From Alkalispirochaeta sp. (GTDB taxonomy: Bacteria > Spirochaetota > Spirochaetia > DSM-27196 > Alkalispirochaetaceae), in NCBI GenBank assembly GCA_965601925.1, contig OZ271854.1, positions 1,152,001 to 1,216,000 on the forward strand: a stretch of 64,000 nt of DNA, in the 5' to 3' direction. The position numbers and the translations under genes are program-made. The notes below the pieces were generated by a model, which had not been told where the DNA came from, did no database searches, and saw only the letters and a list, made by a program, of their open reading frames with translations. Positions within the stretch are counted from its first letter, which is position 1; each line of letters opens with the position of its first letter. Below are positions 29,097 to 39,750 of the stretch, piece after piece.

Positions 29097-30022
29097 TAGC
29101 GAAGCCTCGGATTGAAGACGTCGCGTAGAAAATCGCCGAGTAGGTTGACCGAAATCACCATCGCCACCAAAAAAAGTGTGGGCAGCCACAAGATCCACCA
29201 CTCTCCGGAAAAGAGATAATCCATGCCGATGCGAATGAGCGTCCCGAGCGAGGGCGCGTTGGCCGGCAGCCCTACCCCGAGGAACGAGAGCGTCGCCTCC
29301 AGAAGGATTGCACGGCCGAGATCGACGGTCATGATAACAAGCAGGGGCGCCAGCACGTTGGGGAGAATCTGCACCGTGAGAATACGCGCCGGATGCTCAC
29401 CCATGATCTCGCCGGCCTGGACGTACTCCTTGTTTCGCTCAACGAAGACCGCGGCGCGAGTCGTACGCGCAAAGTTCACCCATAGAGAGAGGGCGATTGC
29501 TCCGATGATGACGACTACACGAAATTCGCTCTGCTGCGCGCCGGCGAACACACTGCGGGCGATTCCGTCGATGAGGAGTGCCGTGAGGATCGCCGGCAAC
29601 GAGAGCTGAATGTCGGCGATACGCATGAACACCGTATCGAACCACCCACCGTAGTATCCGGCAATGAGCCCGATGGTAACGCCCACAACCGTCGCGATCA
29701 CCATCGCCGAGACGGCAATGCGTAGTGACAACCGCGCACCGTAGAGGATCGAGGCGAGCATGTCGCGACCCTGGTCGTCGGTGCCGAGCACAAAACGGTC
29801 GTCACCGCCATCTTGCCAGACCGGGGGCAAAAAACCGTCGATCAAGCTATAGGTCGCAGGATCGTAGGGATCGGTATCGACCACCCACGGTGCCAGGATC
29901 GCTCCGCCGACGGTGATAACGACGAGCACCGCGGCGACGATCGCAAGCGGGCTGTGTACAAATACATACGCGGCCTCATGGTCGCGGACCCACGTACCGA
30001 CTCGACCGACGATACTCCTCAC
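29096..30022 (-). CDS. Peptide ABC permease (DppC-like)
   Basis: LGTDDQGRD, ILPN, EATLSFLG; GTG overlaps the upstream stop. Confidence 0.9.
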   Translation of the reverse strand: MRSIVGRVGTWVRDHEAAYVFVHSPLAIVAAVLVVITVGGAILAPWVVDTDPYDPATYSLIDGFLPPVWQDGGDDRFVLGTDDQGRDMLASILYGARLSLRIAVSAMVIATVVGVTIGLIAGYYGGWFDTVFMRIADIQLSLPAILTALLIDGIARSVFAGAQQSEFRVVVIIGAIALSLWVNFARTTRAAVFVERNKEYVQAGEIMGEHPARILTVQILPNVLAPLLVIMTVDLGRAILLEATLSFLGVGLPANAPSLGTLIRIGMDYLFSGEWWILWLPTLFLVAMVISVNLLGDFLRDVFNPRLR

Positions 30023-30993
30023 GCGCGACCTCGCACGCGAATCCGCGGATCGATCACCGCGTAGAGCAGATCGACGGTGAGGTTGATAAGCACGAACAGA
30101 AGCCCGATGAAGACGAGATACACACCCATGACCGGAATGTCGACGAACCGGATCGAGCGGAGAAACAAGAGCCCCAGCCCGGGCCATTGGAAAACGCTTT
30201 CGGTGACGATTGAGAAGGCGATTACCCCACCGAACTGGAGGCCCACGATCGTGATAACGGGAATCAGTGTGTTGGGAAGGGCGTGCCGGAGGTGCACCCT
30301 CCTGAAGGGGAGACCGCGCGCAATCGCGAACCGAATGTGGTCGGTTCGCATAACCTCCATCATCTGCGCGCGCACCAGGCGCATCGTCAACGTCATCTGA
30401 TAGATGCCGAGGCTTATCGCCGGCAAGACGATCGAACGGAGCCCGGCCGGCGCGAGTAAGTTGCTGGTCCACCACGCGATCTCGACGGTCTCCCCACGCC
30501 CGAAGGTCGGCAACCAGCCCAACTGCACGCCGAATACGAAGATCAGGAGGATACCGGTTACGAAGGTCGGCACCGATACACCGACCAACGTCGCGAGGAG
30601 TAGACCCTGACTCGCGACGCTACCGGGGTACAACGCGGTGTAGACGCCCGCCGGGATGCCGATTGCGAGGGAAACAACTAACGCAACGAGCCCCAGCTCA
30701 AAGGTCGCCGGGAGCCCCGCGAGGATCATCTCACCGACCGGCTCTCGCGTCCGGAACGAGAATCCGAACTCCCCGCGCAGTAGGTTGCCGGTAAATCGGA
30801 GAAACTGCACGAAAAAAGGATCGGTCAACCCCAACTCCTCGCGCAGCGCCTCGCGCTCTTCGGGAGAAGTCTCCACACCGGTCATTTGCATCACCGGATC
30901 GCCGGCGAAGCGGAACAGCGCAAAGGCGAGAAAGGCGACCGCCGCCATGACGAAAACCGACTGACCGAGCCGCCTCAGGATATAGATGAGCAC
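30019..30993 (-). CDS. Peptide ABC permease (DppB-like)
   Basis: YILRRL, GDP, TESVFQWPGLG, DLLYAVIDPR. Confidence 0.93.
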   Translation of the reverse strand: MLIYILRRLGQSVFVMAAVAFLAFALFRFAGDPVMQMTGVETSPEEREALREELGLTDPFFVQFLRFTGNLLRGEFGFSFRTREPVGEMILAGLPATFELGLVALVVSLAIGIPAGVYTALYPGSVASQGLLLATLVGVSVPTFVTGILLIFVFGVQLGWLPTFGRGETVEIAWWTSNLLAPAGLRSIVLPAISLGIYQMTLTMRLVRAQMMEVMRTDHIRFAIARGLPFRRVHLRHALPNTLIPVITIVGLQFGGVIAFSIVTESVFQWPGLGLLFLRSIRFVDIPVMGVYLVFIGLLFVLINLTVDLLYAVIDPRIRVRGRA

Positions 30994-31022
30994 TGCCCCT
31001 ATCGCCCCGCGTGATGCGCCGG

Positions 31023-32603
31023 TTAGTTGACCGTAACCCAGCGCGCCATGAAGAAGTTATCGGGTCTCTGCACGAGATCGATATTGTCCCTCGTAGCCCA
31101 GATCAACGGCTGCGTGTACAGCGGGACGTATACCACATCGTCCCGGATGATCCCCGCCACCTCGTCGAGCATCGCCTGCCGTGCGTCCGCGTCCAACTCG
31201 CTTTGGATGCGCGGTAGCAGCTCGTCTACACGCTCGTTCGAATACCCGCCGTAGTTCCACGACCCCAGGCGCGCCTCCGCGTTGGGAGTGGCTACCAGGA
31301 ACCGAATGGGATGCTCGGCGTCGAAGGTGCCGGGCGACCAACCCAGAAGATACATATCGTAGTTGTCCGCACGCAGCTCGTTCCAGTAGTTCCGAACCGG
31401 CATCGTGGTGAGTTGCGCATCGAGACCGACCTCGGCGAGCATCGAAGTAACCGCACGGCACACCTGCTCGTCGTTCAGGTAGCGGTCGTTCGTGCACATG
31501 AAGCCGAACGAGAACCCGTCGGGATATCCGGCGCGGCGCAGGAGGCGGCGCGAGGCATCCGGATCGTACGGTAAGCGACCGCTGTGCTCGTCCGAATAGC
31601 CGCTGAGACCCGCCGGCAACAGCTGATCCGCGGGCTCGGACATGTTACGCATGATCACCCGATTGATCGTATCGACATCGATCGCCTGATATACGGCCTG
31701 CCTGACCAGCCGGTTCTGAAACGGATTCTCACCGCTCACGTCGTCGGAGTAGTCGAGCCGATCTTTCTCGTGACCGAATCCGAGCATAATCACCCGCGTT
31801 TCGAGCCCGCTCAGCACCTGAAAGCCGCGTTGCGCCTCCACACGCCGCACATCTTGTAGCGGAACGGGCGAAATCATGTCGATCTCTCCGGACAGAAGTG
31901 CCGACAGTGCCGTCGACTGATTCTCGATGGGGGTGTAGATCGCCTCCGTCACGTTGTGTACGGGCGTGTCCCACCAATCCCGATTCGGCGCAAGACGCGT
32001 CTCTACGCCGGGACTGCGCGAGACCAGCTCGAAGGGGCCCGTTCCGTTCGCGTTGCGTGTAGCATGATTCTGCTGTTGGCTCGCAGGCATTACCGCGCCG
32101 TTCTCCACCGACCACGAGCGACTCATAATCATGAAGTTGGCGATCGAGTCCGGAAACAACGGATTCGGCGCGGTGGTGATGAAGTCGATGGTATACTCGT
32201 CAACCACGCGCACTCGCTCCACCGGTGCAAACCACGACGTGACGTCGGAGGTCTCGGAAATGCCGCGCTCATAGCTAAAGAGAACGTCGGCGGCGGTGAA
32301 CGATTCTCCACCGTGGAATACAACTCCCTCGCGCAGATAAAAACGCCATCCGGTCTCATCGCGAAGGGGCTCCCAGCGCACGGCAAGGGAGGGCTCGATA
32401 TCCATGGTCGCGTTACGACGTACGAGCCCTTCGTAGATATTGTTGAGAAACGAGGTGGTCGGCGCCGCGTTCACCGCGTGGGGATCCATCGTCTGCGGAT
32501 CGCTGGTGGTCGCCCACCGAAAGGTCTCCGCCTCCGCCGTCCGAACGGCGAAAAGCGCAATTACCGTGACAAGAAAAACTCTGCCGATTCGTACGTGTGC
32601 CAT
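31023..32603 (-). CDS. Peptide ABC substrate-binding protein (family 5)
   Basis: Signal peptide, MDPH, YEGLV, PSLA..W, GTGPF, NDRY.NDE. Confidence 0.92.
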   Translation of the reverse strand: MAHVRIGRVFLVTVIALFAVRTAEAETFRWATTSDPQTMDPHAVNAAPTTSFLNNIYEGLVRRNATMDIEPSLAVRWEPLRDETGWRFYLREGVVFHGGESFTAADVLFSYERGISETSDVTSWFAPVERVRVVDEYTIDFITTAPNPLFPDSIANFMIMSRSWSVENGAVMPASQQQNHATRNANGTGPFELVSRSPGVETRLAPNRDWWDTPVHNVTEAIYTPIENQSTALSALLSGEIDMISPVPLQDVRRVEAQRGFQVLSGLETRVIMLGFGHEKDRLDYSDDVSGENPFQNRLVRQAVYQAIDVDTINRVIMRNMSEPADQLLPAGLSGYSDEHSGRLPYDPDASRRLLRRAGYPDGFSFGFMCTNDRYLNDEQVCRAVTSMLAEVGLDAQLTTMPVRNYWNELRADNYDMYLLGWSPGTFDAEHPIRFLVATPNAEARLGSWNYGGYSNERVDELLPRIQSELDADARQAMLDEVAGIIRDDVVYVPLYTQPLIWATRDNIDLVQRPDNFFMARWVTVN

Positions 32604-32911
32604 CTGTCTAAGTACGTATACGGGATGGTAGAAGTCAAGCCGGAACCGTCCACCCCCCGCGTCATATCGCCGATAGAACTCGAACATACGACGTGCAGTC
32701 GATCGGGCGGCGACGCTCGGTGCTGGTGTAGTGGTGGGCACACGCGGTACGATGCGGACGTGCATCGATACCGGAGAGACCGGAGCGCCGCAACACACCG
32801 TAACGGCATCCTTGACCAACCCTCCGCAGGGACGGCGTGCTGCGACCCGGCGGTGCGCGATGACCATGCCGTCGCATACCGCCGGCGGATCAAGGGGAGA
32901 AAGGTTTCAGT

Positions 32912-33712
32912 ATGAGTGCATCCGAGATACACGGCGCCACGGACGCCGGACGTACGGCGGGTACGAGTCGGCCGCGCATCGGCATGACGATGTTCAGCGG
33001 TCGCGAAGGTCACAAGTTCTACACCAAAGTGCAGTACAACTACGTCCAGTCCATCCACGACGCCGGGGGCGTACCGCTGTTGATCCCGACACTCACCGAT
33101 GTGGACCGGAGCGTGGAGTTCGCCGCAACGATCGACGCGCTCATGCTCACCGGCGGTGAGGACATGAGCCCGCTCACCTTCGGGACGGAGCCGCGGGTAG
33201 AGCTGGGCCTTACCAACTTGGAGCGCGACCGCTGGGAGCTTGCGATCCTTGCGGCGTGTGAGGATCGCGGTGTGCCGATTCTGGGCGTGTGTCGCGGCCT
33301 ACAAGTCATGAACGTGCACCGCGGTGGGACGCTGTATCAGGATATTCACGCCGAGACGGGAAGCTCACTGGGCCACGGGCCCTTTCAGAACCCCATGGAA
33401 AGCCTCCACCACACGATCCGGATCGAACCGGGATCACGCCTCGAGGCGATCTTCGAGAAGTCCGAGCTCGTCGTAAACAGCTTCCACCATCAGGCGGTGC
33501 GAGAGATCGGCCGAGACTTGGTGGTAACCGCGCGCTCAGCCGACGACGTGATTGAGGGCGTTGAGGATCCAACACGGGAGTTCTACCTCGGCGTACAGTT
33601 TCACGCCGAGGCGTTGCCGCCCATCGACTCGTACTATCTACGCCTCTTCTCCGCGCTGGTCGAAGCGGCTGCCGCTTACTCCGCGCCCAGAGACCGACAC
33701 GCAGCGCGATAG
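32912..33712 (+). CDS. Peptidase C26, gamma-glutamyl-GABA hydrolase family (PuuD-like)
   Basis: LTGGED, GVCRGLQ, VNSFHHQ, GVQFHAE. Confidence 0.9.
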   Translation: MSASEIHGATDAGRTAGTSRPRIGMTMFSGREGHKFYTKVQYNYVQSIHDAGGVPLLIPTLTDVDRSVEFAATIDALMLTGGEDMSPLTFGTEPRVELGLTNLERDRWELAILAACEDRGVPILGVCRGLQVMNVHRGGTLYQDIHAETGSSLGHGPFQNPMESLHHTIRIEPGSRLEAIFEKSELVVNSFHHQAVREIGRDLVVTARSADDVIEGVEDPTREFYLGVQFHAEALPPIDSYYLRLFSALVEAAAAYSAPRDRHAAR

Positions 33713-33773
33713 CGCGCAGCTTGCAGGCGCACGTGGCGTGCCGGTACACTCGGTGCAAGAAAGAGAGGCTACG

Positions 33774-34211
33774 ATGGACAACGCACTCGGAGCGCGCGGT
33801 TTTCACCACATTGCGCTGGCGGTCTCCGACTTCGATGCCAGTGTGAAATTCTATCGCGACGGGTTGGGATTCCCGATCTTTCGCGCCTGGGGTGCACCGG
33901 GAAATCGGGCCGCGATGCTCGCAGTCGGTGAAGTGCCCACCGAATCCGGGGAGTCTCACGGCCGTAGCGACGGCGGATACGTAGAGCTCTTTGAGCGACC
34001 GGACCACCGTGGCGAGGAGGGGCGATTAATCCACCTGGCGCTGCGCGTCGCCGACTGTCGCGCCGCACACGCCGCGGCTCTGGAAGCCGGGGCTCGGGAA
34101 AAAAGAGCACCGAGTGACGTCGAAATTCCGTCGGACCCGGTGTATCCGGTCACGATCTCCTTTGTAATCGGGCCCGACGGCGAAGAGATTGAACTCTTCC
34201 AGGAACGCTAA
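33774..34211 (+). CDS. VOC/glyoxalase family metalloprotein
   Basis: FHHIAL, YVELF, HLAL, GPDGEEIELF. Confidence 0.9.
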   Translation: MDNALGARGFHHIALAVSDFDASVKFYRDGLGFPIFRAWGAPGNRAAMLAVGEVPTESGESHGRSDGGYVELFERPDHRGEEGRLIHLALRVADCRAAHAAALEAGAREKRAPSDVEIPSDPVYPVTISFVIGPDGEEIELFQER

Positions 34212-34321
34212 CACGCGCAAGCCGCCCCGCAACCTCCGGGACCGCATGCGAACCCATATCCTCGATAAGACGACCGGATCGAGGTCTCGTCGCCCATCAG
34301 TTTATACGGACACTCTATCTT

Positions 34322-34846
34322 TTACATATAGCCGAGATCGGCAAGCCACTTGCTCGCGGTCTTCGGTACTACTTTTTTGGGATTCTCCCGCAGACGACGC
34401 AGATGCGGTTCGAGCCAGACGCGCAGATCGTCGTCGTCCCTCGCCCAGGTACCAAGGCAGTCCATGCTGTTTTTGAGCACGATCCAATCGCGTTCCGTCT
34501 CGAGATAGGCCTTCACGACCCCTTTCGCCGCGTCTAACTGTTCGGCGCTCATGGAGTCTGTGGTGTACAAAAAGAGGTATGCGAGGGTCCACTTCGTCGA
34601 GGCCTGATTAATAGTCGAGATTTCGGACAGAAAGCGGTCCAAGTAGGGCAGAAACCAATCGAGGTGCTGTTGAGTGATTCGTTTCCATGCACTCGAGGTT
34701 CGTAGGCGGACCACCTCATCGTCCGAGAAGTAGCACCGATAGAGTTCTTCGAGCTTGGACCTATCCGCCAAAATCTCCTCTACCACGTCCAGAGTTCCGC
34801 CGAGTGAATTGGGGTGGCCGCCGGTGAGTTTTTCTTCGAACGTCAT
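34322..34846 (-). CDS. HEAT/ARM-like conserved hypothetical protein
   Basis: LTGGHPNSLG..DEVVRLRTSS...DWIVL; GGAGG RBS. Confidence 0.75.
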   Translation of the reverse strand: MTFEEKLTGGHPNSLGGTLDVVEEILADRSKLEELYRCYFSDDEVVRLRTSSAWKRITQQHLDWFLPYLDRFLSEISTINQASTKWTLAYLFLYTTDSMSAEQLDAAKGVVKAYLETERDWIVLKNSMDCLGTWARDDDDLRVWLEPHLRRLRENPKKVVPKTASKWLADLGYM

Positions 34847-35294
34847 AGCGCCTCCGCAAATATGATATTGCAATAGTATTGATGTTTTTCGTGTCGACGC
34901 CACCGTAGGGTCGATGTCGACCATCGATACGCGATATCGTACACGAGAGGCGTGCCGACACCGCGGTCAGATCCCGCCGAACGTGGCGAACCGCCAGCAA
35001 AGGCGAAGTGCCGCAGCATCGAGGAACAGACGCCGCTCCTCCGGTTTTGTGGTTCCTCCGCCTCTCATCGATTTCCGGCCCGATCAGCGGCAGTCAATGC
35101 CGATCGAACGATCGTCAGCGCTTTTTCGGACGTTGAGGGTAAGTGGCGCTACTGGGAGATGTCCGGCTTCAAATCCATTCGTTGTGGAGGCCGGGCGCAT
35201 CCGCTCGACCGGCAAACAAAGCGCGGAAACGGGTACCATCATCGCACTGTGCGGCCGTACATACGGTCCATCAAAGCTGAGGAGTAGATGTAGT

Positions 35295-35693
35295 ATGGCG
35301 GGAATCTCAGATATCAAAGAGCTTCTGAAGTCGATATCACCGACGATGTGTGAGGGTGAGTACGTGTTCTGCTCGGTACCGGGTGAGTACAGCGATTACG
35401 CCCATCTGAAACCCCGCGCGTCTTTCGTAGAACCTGAAGGTATGACTCTGATCGTAACGGTTGAAGCGGCGAATGAATCTCGGCTGATCTATGAGGGTGT
35501 ATACAAACAGATTACCTTGACCGTTCATTCAAGCCTGGATGCCGTCGGCCTTACCGCAGCGGTTTCGACGAAGTTGGCTTCTTACGGCATAAGCGCCAAC
35601 GTTGTGGCGGCCTACTATCACGATCATGTATTCGTACAGAAGGAGAAGGCGAGCCGAGCTCTTGCGGCCTTGCGTGAACTCGAGGACGAGTGA
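35295..35693 (+). CDS. ACT-domain protein (DUF2241-type)
   Basis: GEYVFC, EPEG.TL, ITL.VHSSLDAVGLTA, NVVAAYYHDH. Confidence 0.88.
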   Translation: MAGISDIKELLKSISPTMCEGEYVFCSVPGEYSDYAHLKPRASFVEPEGMTLIVTVEAANESRLIYEGVYKQITLTVHSSLDAVGLTAAVSTKLASYGISANVVAAYYHDHVFVQKEKASRALAALRELEDE

Positions 35694-35821
35694 GTCTTGC
35701 AAACTTGTGCGTGTCAATTATCAGCACCGGTTACTCACGTGCTTACCGACGACCGCTACGACCGCCTGCCGGTCTCGAGGGAGACGCGGTCTACTCGGAA
35801 CGACGCCGTTGCGTTTCATGC

Positions 35822-36064
35822 TCACAGGGGGACCGACTCGATCCATCGTAACCACGGTCGTTGCGACTCTATTATATGTTCCGATTCGGGCTTTGTACTC
35901 CAAAAGACCCGAAAATCGTGACCGTCGGTATGTACGTCCCAGGGTTCTCCCGCGGCCTCGGTGTCCGAGACCAGCTCAAAAAAGAACCGCTCCTGTGTGC
36001 GTCCGAGCGCGACGGACTCGACCCAACCGCGAATCTCATAGGTCACGCACTCCGCGTTCCGCAC
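35822..36064 (-). pseudogene. Small ORF, possible C-terminal NUDIX-like remnant
   Basis: ERFFFEL...W.V.TDGHDFRVFW...Q.PWL; no Nudix box. Confidence 0.3.
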
Positions 36065-36090
36065 AGGTTTGTGTTCGACGGGCGACCCGT

Positions 36091-36966
36091 CTACCCCGTC
36101 GGCCTCTCGATATACAGCTCATTGTCGAAGGTCGGGTCGATCAGCACATCCTTCCGTATCTCGTTCTTCTCCGAGTCTCGCCATGCACCCGGGGACATAC
36201 CGGTAACTTTTTTGAACGTTCGACCGAAGTGGTGGATCGACTTGAACCCGACCTCGAAAGCGATCTCCTTGAGCTCGCGATCCGACGAGACGATGCGTTC
36301 TTTGGCCTTCTCGATCCGAACGGCGTGTACCAACTGCAACGGCGTCACACCGAAGTCGGCGACGGCACATCGCGTCACGTAGCGATAGGAGAAGCCGAGG
36401 GCCGCAGCGATATCGGTGCCTCCGACGGTCGTATCGTAGTGGGAGTGTATATATGCCAACAGCGCACGACCCACGGAGGTGGTCGCAACGCGTTCCGAGA
36501 CGCCGGTTCGGCACGCCAGTTTGTCGTGTTGTCGGGAGAGCAGCTGCATCAGAATCTGCGAAAAAAGGAGCTGGCACCGCTCTTGGTAGAAGCTGCGCTT
36601 CTCGACACCGATGGTTCGCATCTCCTCCAATGCGTGCTTGATGTTGTCGGCGGGGTCGATCGGTATGATGCGGGGGAGCGTTTTGAGGAGTCGCGTCAAC
36701 TCGACGTTGTGCACGTTGAACTTCACGTCCAGGGTCTTGAGAAACGTCTCGATCTCCAGACCGTGTTCGATCATCGGGGGGAGGAAGAGGATCTCGGGGC
36801 ACCGTATCGTCAGCGTCTTACCATCGAGGTGGATTGTGCCGTCGCCGTCAAAGAGATACATCATCTGAGAGAAGTCGTGGTGATGCTCTTTCAGCTTCCA
36901 GTCTTTTTCGTAATAGAACCTACTCATCCAGAGGACTTCGATGTCTTGTCTGAACAGCGACTTCAC
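36091..36966 (-). CDS. AraC regulator with cupin N-terminus
   Basis: EHHHDFSQ...PP..EHG; RIEKAK..EIAFEVGF.SIHHF.R.FKK.TG.SP. Confidence 0.92.
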   Translation of the reverse strand: MKSLFRQDIEVLWMSRFYYEKDWKLKEHHHDFSQMMYLFDGDGTIHLDGKTLTIRCPEILFLPPMIEHGLEIETFLKTLDVKFNVHNVELTRLLKTLPRIIPIDPADNIKHALEEMRTIGVEKRSFYQERCQLLFSQILMQLLSRQHDKLACRTGVSERVATTSVGRALLAYIHSHYDTTVGGTDIAAALGFSYRYVTRCAVADFGVTPLQLVHAVRIEKAKERIVSSDRELKEIAFEVGFKSIHHFGRTFKKVTGMSPGAWRDSEKNEIRKDVLIDPTFDNELYIERPTG

Positions 36967-37006
36967 ACGCGCTCCCCGAGTCGACTCTCGATCACAATGT
37001 CGGACG

Positions 37007-38854
37007 CTACCCGCCGACGGCCTCGGACACCTCGCTACTCCGTCCCCAATAGTCGACGGCGCGGACCGCAAACTCTCCCCGCGTGCCCCGCGGCCGCGTA
37101 TGAAGCCACGCAGTACACACCGTATCGACCGTATTGACGCGCTGAAACTGCTCGGCGGCGCTTCGCCTATAGAGTACCTCGTAGGTACGAATAACGCGAG
37201 AGTTCACGCCGGTCCACCGCACCAACACGTCTTCCCACGCGTCATCCAACCCGTCGTACACCGCGATCCTCGGCGCCTCGACACGCGGGGGTCCATCGTC
37301 GGGACGGCGGCTCAGCACCACCAGCCGCACCGAGGGCAGCGGAAGCGTTAGGTCAAAGGATAGCGTGCCGCGTTCTATCGATACGTCGACCGGATCTGCA
37401 GCGGCGGTGAGTTCCGCCGCGTTACGCATCCTCTCCAGCACCTCCACGCTCGGTTCCTTGGAGTGACCCGTTTCGACCCAGGCCGAGAACGGATCGGTGT
37501 ACCCCTCCTCGATCCGGTACTCGATGAGGGCGGCGCGGTCGAAAGGAAGGCCGGACACCTCGCAATGCATCGTCACCTCACCGGACGATCTGATGCGGTC
37601 TCGGGAGTGATAAACCAGTACGGCGACCTGATCGTCCCCGCGCCGGGTCGCCAGTACGCCGACGTCGGATCCCAAGCGCGGCGGCAGTCCGGAGACGAGG
37701 CATCGCTCGTCTCCCAGCAGGGAGAGTTGCGCCATGAGAGTGAGCACCGGCTTCTTGACCAGGGCGAACCGGCGCCGTTCGGTGCGTTCCGCGAGGTCGG
37801 ACTCCTTCGTCTTGTGCTCCGACTGGGCGCGTGGATCACTTTGGAGCCCGAACCGCGCGGTCAACGTACGCTGCCCCCACGTCCCTACGAACCCGTTGTC
37901 ATTACTCAACAAACAGTAATCGATACCCGCTTCAATAAACGCCTCGTGGTGTTGGAGGATCGTCTTGGCCGCAATGGCGGCGTGGTAGGCGGTGCCGCGC
38001 CACGTGTGGAGATCCCACCATCCGACTTGGGGATCGCATTCGTTGTTCATCACCGGCACATCGGCGAGGCGCGGATGGTTGGTGCGGATGTACTCGATAA
38101 TGGCGCGTTCGCTCTCAATAATCCGCACGCTGTCGGGATCGATATCCTCGGGACACGAGGGTGCGCCCTTTTCGTGGAAGGAGATGAAGTCGATGCGCGT
38201 GCCCACCTCGCCGGTAACGGCATTGGTGCCGCGGTCGCAGTGCGCGAGGAGCGTCTTAAGCGTCGACGAAAGGCCGCGACACGTCCCGGGACCGCCGAAT
38301 CGCAGACCCGGATCCGCTTCCTTCAACCCCTCGGAGCAGGCGTCATAGTAAATACAGAACGCCTCCTCGCCCTGACTCCACCACGCACCGTCCGGCTCGT
38401 TCCACGTCTCAAAGTACCACTCCCGCACGCACGCCGTGCCGTAGCGGTCGGCGTAGCGGTGCGCCAAATCGCGTACCAAACGACGCCACGCAACGGCCTG
38501 AAGCGAGTCTGCAAAGTCGGTAAAGAAGCCTTCCGGATTTCCCATGAGCTCGAAAAAGGGCAGAAGGTCGTTCTCGATGAGGGTATCCAGACACCGATCG
38601 AGGACCGACCAGTCGTAGACCGGCTCGTCGGAGCCCAACCCCTCGGCGCGCAGCAAGTCCAATAGATAATGAATTCTGACGTAGCGAACTCCGCCGTGAG
38701 GAATGGAGCCGGCGTACGCCATCTGCTGGCGCATGTCGGCGTTCAACAGGAGACTCGCCGGCGAGAGCCCGGTGCTGCACCAGAAGTGGCTGAAGGGAGC
38801 GCGATCGGCGTCGAGGTCGATGTGAACGTTCATGGAGTCCTCCGTGTTGTGCAT
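37007..38854 (-). CDS. GH39 alpha-L-iduronidase-like glycoside hydrolase
   Basis: YVRIHYLL, FELMG, FETWNEPD, SFHEKG, NECDPQVGW, LLSNDNGF, RTLTARF, KKPVLT, VRAVDYW. No signal peptide; alternative start 38833. Confidence 0.85.
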   Translation of the reverse strand: MHNTEDSMNVHIDLDADRAPFSHFWCSTGLSPASLLLNADMRQQMAYAGSIPHGGVRYVRIHYLLDLLRAEGLGSDEPVYDWSVLDRCLDTLIENDLLPFFELMGNPEGFFTDFADSLQAVAWRRLVRDLAHRYADRYGTACVREWYFETWNEPDGAWWSQGEEAFCIYYDACSEGLKEADPGLRFGGPGTCRGLSSTLKTLLAHCDRGTNAVTGEVGTRIDFISFHEKGAPSCPEDIDPDSVRIIESERAIIEYIRTNHPRLADVPVMNNECDPQVGWWDLHTWRGTAYHAAIAAKTILQHHEAFIEAGIDYCLLSNDNGFVGTWGQRTLTARFGLQSDPRAQSEHKTKESDLAERTERRRFALVKKPVLTLMAQLSLLGDERCLVSGLPPRLGSDVGVLATRRGDDQVAVLVYHSRDRIRSSGEVTMHCEVSGLPFDRAALIEYRIEEGYTDPFSAWVETGHSKEPSVEVLERMRNAAELTAAADPVDVSIERGTLSFDLTLPLPSVRLVVLSRRPDDGPPRVEAPRIAVYDGLDDAWEDVLVRWTGVNSRVIRTYEVLYRRSAAEQFQRVNTVDTVCTAWLHTRPRGTRGEFAVRAVDYWGRSSEVSEAVGG

Positions 38855-38864
38855 CGTGTCGCCG

Positions 38865-39740
38865 CTACTTGAGACCGGTGCGCATGATGCTGCCGACGAT
38901 GGTCTTACGCGCCACGGTAAAGAGTATCAGGGTCGGTATCAGACTCAAGACCACCGCAGCGGTCAGATCGTTCCATATCTGAAAGAGGTCGCTGGTAAAC
39001 TGCGTCAGTCCGACGGTCACCGTCTTTTTCGTCTCCGAGTTGATAACCAAGAGGGGCCAAAAGAAGCTGTTCCACGACTGGGTAAACTTGATGACCATAA
39101 AGGTCGCGAGCGCCCCTTTGCACATCGGTACCATGATGTGGAGAAAGATCGCCGGCTCCTTCATGCCGTCGACGCGCGCCGCCTCGAGATAATCATTGGG
39201 AATGACGGCGAAGCTCTCGGTCATGAGGAAAATGCCGAACGCCGAGATCGCCCCGGGAAGCATGATCGCGATATAGGTGTCGATCAGCCCCCACCGGGCG
39301 ACGACGCGGTACAGCGGTATGGCGATCATCTCCATGGGAATCATGAGGAGCATCAGGAGCATGTAGTAAAAGACCCGCTTCCCCGGAAAGGAGAAGCGCG
39401 AAAAGCCGTGGGCCGCCATCGTCGACATGATGAGCGCCGGGACCATAATACCGACGGTAGTAACGACGGAGTTGAATATATAGACCAAAAACGAGACGCC
39501 GTTGAGCTGCGGAGAGTCGCCGGTTATCACCGAGCGATAGCTGGCACCATCGAGGCGGTCCGGGATGATACGCGTCCAGATCGTGCGATTCGGAATGTCG
39601 AAGATCTCCTGCATCGTCTTGAAAGAGGTAAGAATCATCATCGCGAAGGGCAAAAGGATGAAGAGCACCATCGCGGCGATCACAAGGACGGCGAGCGCCG
39701 TCCCGGCGTTGTTTGATATGCGTCGTTGTAACGTCGTCAC
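38865..39740 (-). CDS. Carbohydrate ABC permease (MalG-like)
   Basis: SFK, EAARVDG, WNSFFWPL. Confidence 0.92.
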   Translation of the reverse strand: MTTLQRRISNNAGTALAVLVIAAMVLFILLPFAMMILTSFKTMQEIFDIPNRTIWTRIIPDRLDGASYRSVITGDSPQLNGVSFLVYIFNSVVTTVGIMVPALIMSTMAAHGFSRFSFPGKRVFYYMLLMLLMIPMEMIAIPLYRVVARWGLIDTYIAIMLPGAISAFGIFLMTESFAVIPNDYLEAARVDGMKEPAIFLHIMVPMCKGALATFMVIKFTQSWNSFFWPLLVINSETKKTVTVGLTQFTSDLFQIWNDLTAAVVLSLIPTLILFTVARKTIVGSIMRTGLK

Positions 39741-39750
39741 GGCTCACTCG

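Noticed and set aside
35602..38665. Long plus-strand ORFs 35602-37137 and 37463-38665
   Set aside because: Antisense to well-supported AraC and GH39 genes; typical high-GC shadow frames.
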